A stretch of 64,000 nucleotides of DNA from Heterodontus francisci (taxonomy: Eukaryota). A program made the translations under genes and the position numbers. The stretch covers positions 81,866,179 to 81,930,178 of the forward strand of contig NC_090389.1 of NCBI RefSeq assembly GCF_036365525.1, in the 5' to 3' direction. Below, piece by piece: positions 61,665 through 64,000 of this stretch; position 1 is the first letter of the stretch, and every line of letters begins with the position of its first letter. The notes below the pieces were generated by a model. That model did no database searches. It was given only the letters and a program-made list of their open reading frames with translations, and was not told the DNA's origin.

Positions 61665-64000
61665 GCCGGTGGGTCTGATACCAGTGGCGAGCTCGCTGTA
61701 CAATGTGTCCTTGGGGATCCTGCCATCTTCCATGCGGCTCACATGGCCAAGTCATCTCAAGCGCCGCTGACTCAGTAGTGTGTATAAGCTGGGGATGTTG
61801 GCCGCCTTGAGGACTTCTGCATTGGAGATATGGTCCTGCCACCTGATGCCAAGGATTCTCCGGAGGCAGCGAAGATGGAATGAATTGAGACGTTGCTCTT
61901 GGCTGGCATACGTTGTCCAGGCCTCGCTGCCGTAGAGCAAGATACTGAGGGCACAGGCTTGATACACGCGGACTTTTGTGTTCCGTGTCAGTGCGCCATT
62001 TTCCCACACTCTCTTGGCCAGTCTGGACATAGCAGTGGAAGCCTTTCCCATGCGCTTGTTGATTTCTGCCTCGAGAGACTGGTTACTGGTGAACTCTTGA
62101 ACCACTTCCAGAACGTGGTTGCCGATATTGATGGATGGAGCATTTCTGACGTCCTGTCCAATGATGTTCGTTTTCTTGAGGCTGATGGTTAGGCCAAATT
62201 CGTTGCAGGCAGCCGCAAACCTGTCGATGAGATTCTGCAGACACTCTTCAGTGTGAGATGTTAATGCAGCATCGTCAGCAAAGAGAAGTTCCCTGATGAG
62301 GACTTTCCGTACTTTGGTCTTCGCTCTTAGACGGGTAAGGTTGAACAACCTGACACCTGATCTTGTATGGAGGAAAATTCCTTCTTCTGAAGACTTGAAC
62401 ACATCTGAGAGCAGCAGGGAGAAGAAAATCCCAAACAGTGTAGGTGTAAAAAACACAGCCCTGTTTTGCACCACTCAGGATAGGAAAGGGCTCTGATGAG
62501 GCGCCGCTATGCTGAATTGTGCCTTTCATATTGTCATGGAATGAGGTGATGATACTTAGTAGCTTTGGTGGGCATCCAGTCTTTTCTAGTAGTCTGAAGA
62601 GACCACGTATGCTGACGAGGTCAAAGGCTTTGGTGAGATCTATGAAAGCAATGTAGAGGGGCATCTGTTGTTCGCGGCATTTCTCCTGTATCTGACGAAG
62701 GGAGAACAGGATGTCAACGGTCGATCTCTCTGCTCGAAAGCCACACTGTGCCTCAGGGTAGACGCGCTCGGCCAGCTTCTGGAGCCTGTTTAGAGCGACT
62801 CGAGCAAAGACTTTCCCCACTATGCTGAGCAGGGAGATTCCACGGTAGTTGTTGCAGTCACCACGGTCACCTTTGTTTTTATAGAGGGTGATGATATTGG
62901 CATCGCGCATGTCCTGGGGTACTGCTCCCTCATCCCAGTACAGGCATAGCAGTTCGTAGAGTGCTGAGAGTATAGCAGGCTTAGCACTCTTAATTATTTC
63001 AGGGGTAATGCCGTCCTTCCCAGGGGCTTTTCCGCTGGCTAGAGAATCAATGGCATTACTGAGTTCCGATTTTGTTGGCTGTACATCCAGCTCATCCATG
63101 ACTGGTAGAGGCTGGGCTGCATTGAGGGCGGACTCAGTGACAACATTCTCCCTGGAGTACAGTTCTAAGTAGTGCTCAACCCAGCGGTCCATTTGCTTGC
63201 GTTGGTCAGTGATTGTGTCCCCTGATTTAGATTTGAGGGGGGCGATCTTCTTGATGGTTGGCCCAAAAGCTCTCTTAATGCCATCATACATTCCTCTGAT
63301 GTTTCCGGCGTCTGAGGCCAGCTGAATATGACTGCATAGGTGTTGCCAGTAGCCATTTGCGCAGCGCCTGGCTGTTTTAAGTGCTACGGATGTTAACTTG
63401 CTGGGGGCTTTCTTGTAGTTCAACAGTGCAATGCGCTTAGCGGCTATGACAGGTTCCAGCTCTTCAAAGTGAGATTGAAACCAGTCTGCATTCCACTTCA
63501 CACGTTTGCCAGAGATGGTCATTGCTGACTCATAGATGGCGTCTCTGATGTGGGCCCACTTGGTCTCTGCATCCCCTGTGGAAGTGTTTTGAAGGGCTTT
63601 TTCAAGTGAATTTAGAAATTTTTGTAACAGCTGTGGATAAGAAATTCTGCTCGTGTTGATGCGCGGGTGTCCTTTCTGCTTGGAGTGATGCAGCTTCTTT
63701 GGTTTGAGTCTAACCTTGCTGCACACCAGGGAGTGGTCGGTGTCGCAGTCCGCACTGTGGAAGTTGCGTGTGATTTGAACGCTGTTTTTAGAGGCTCACC
63801 TTGTGATAATGAGGTCCAGCTGGTGCCAACGACGTGATCTTGGGTGCCTCCAAGAAACCTGGTGACAGGGTTTATTGTGAAAGAACGGGTTTGTGATGCA
63901 GAGGTTATGATAGGTACACAACTCAAGCAGTCTCTGTCCATTCTCATTCATCCTTCCAATGCCATAGCGCCCAAGGCAGGAGGGCCATGAGTCATGGTCG
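61665..64000 (-). mobile_element. RTE-clade LINE, long ORF with frameshifts, running off the window edge
   Basis: TDHSLV (endonuclease end), GKAPGKDGI, NYRGISLLS, QCGFR, FIDLTKAFD, KQGC, LLFADD; same family as the short RTE 3' fragments. Confidence 0.95.

Noticed and set aside
40250-64000. CISH or another neighbouring gene
   Set aside because: No SH2/SOCS-box peptide or other recognisable exon in the ORF track or on reading. Very short exons could have been missed.
1-64000. CRISPR arrays, rRNA genes or prokaryotic operons
   Set aside because: No regularly spaced repeat-spacer array or rRNA-like sequence was seen; the window is intron-containing vertebrate DNA.

Overview
Eukaryotic, repeat-dominated vertebrate DNA. 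The repeat complement (HE1/V-SINE, Deu-domain SINEs, HER1-like CR1 LINEs) points to a cartilaginous fish (shark); this assignment is inferred. The only host gene I can support is the 3' half of HEMK1, the mitochondrial release-factor glutamine methyltransferase (PrmC family). It has five phase-compatible GT-AG coding exons on the + strand (584-633, 8999-9104, 11208-11303, 27702-27815, 31634-31664), including the NPPY motif and the stop codon. Most of the remaining sequence is transposable elements: CR1 and RTE LINEs, L2 fragments, SINEs, Harbinger-type TIR elements, solo LTRs and Penelope-like elements (PLEs). The most unusual structure lies 2-9 kb past the HEMK1 stop. There a decayed Helitron helicase is split into three pieces by a Harbinger-containing insert and by a very young 3.4-kb PLE insertion. 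That PLE has a 14-bp TSD, element 3' ends facing outward at both boundaries (near-identical 1.23-kb inverted arms), internal restart duplications, and a minimal hammerhead ribozyme with a variant core on each strand. I see no evidence of a new protein-coding system; the points of interest are retrotransposition mechanism and RNA structure.
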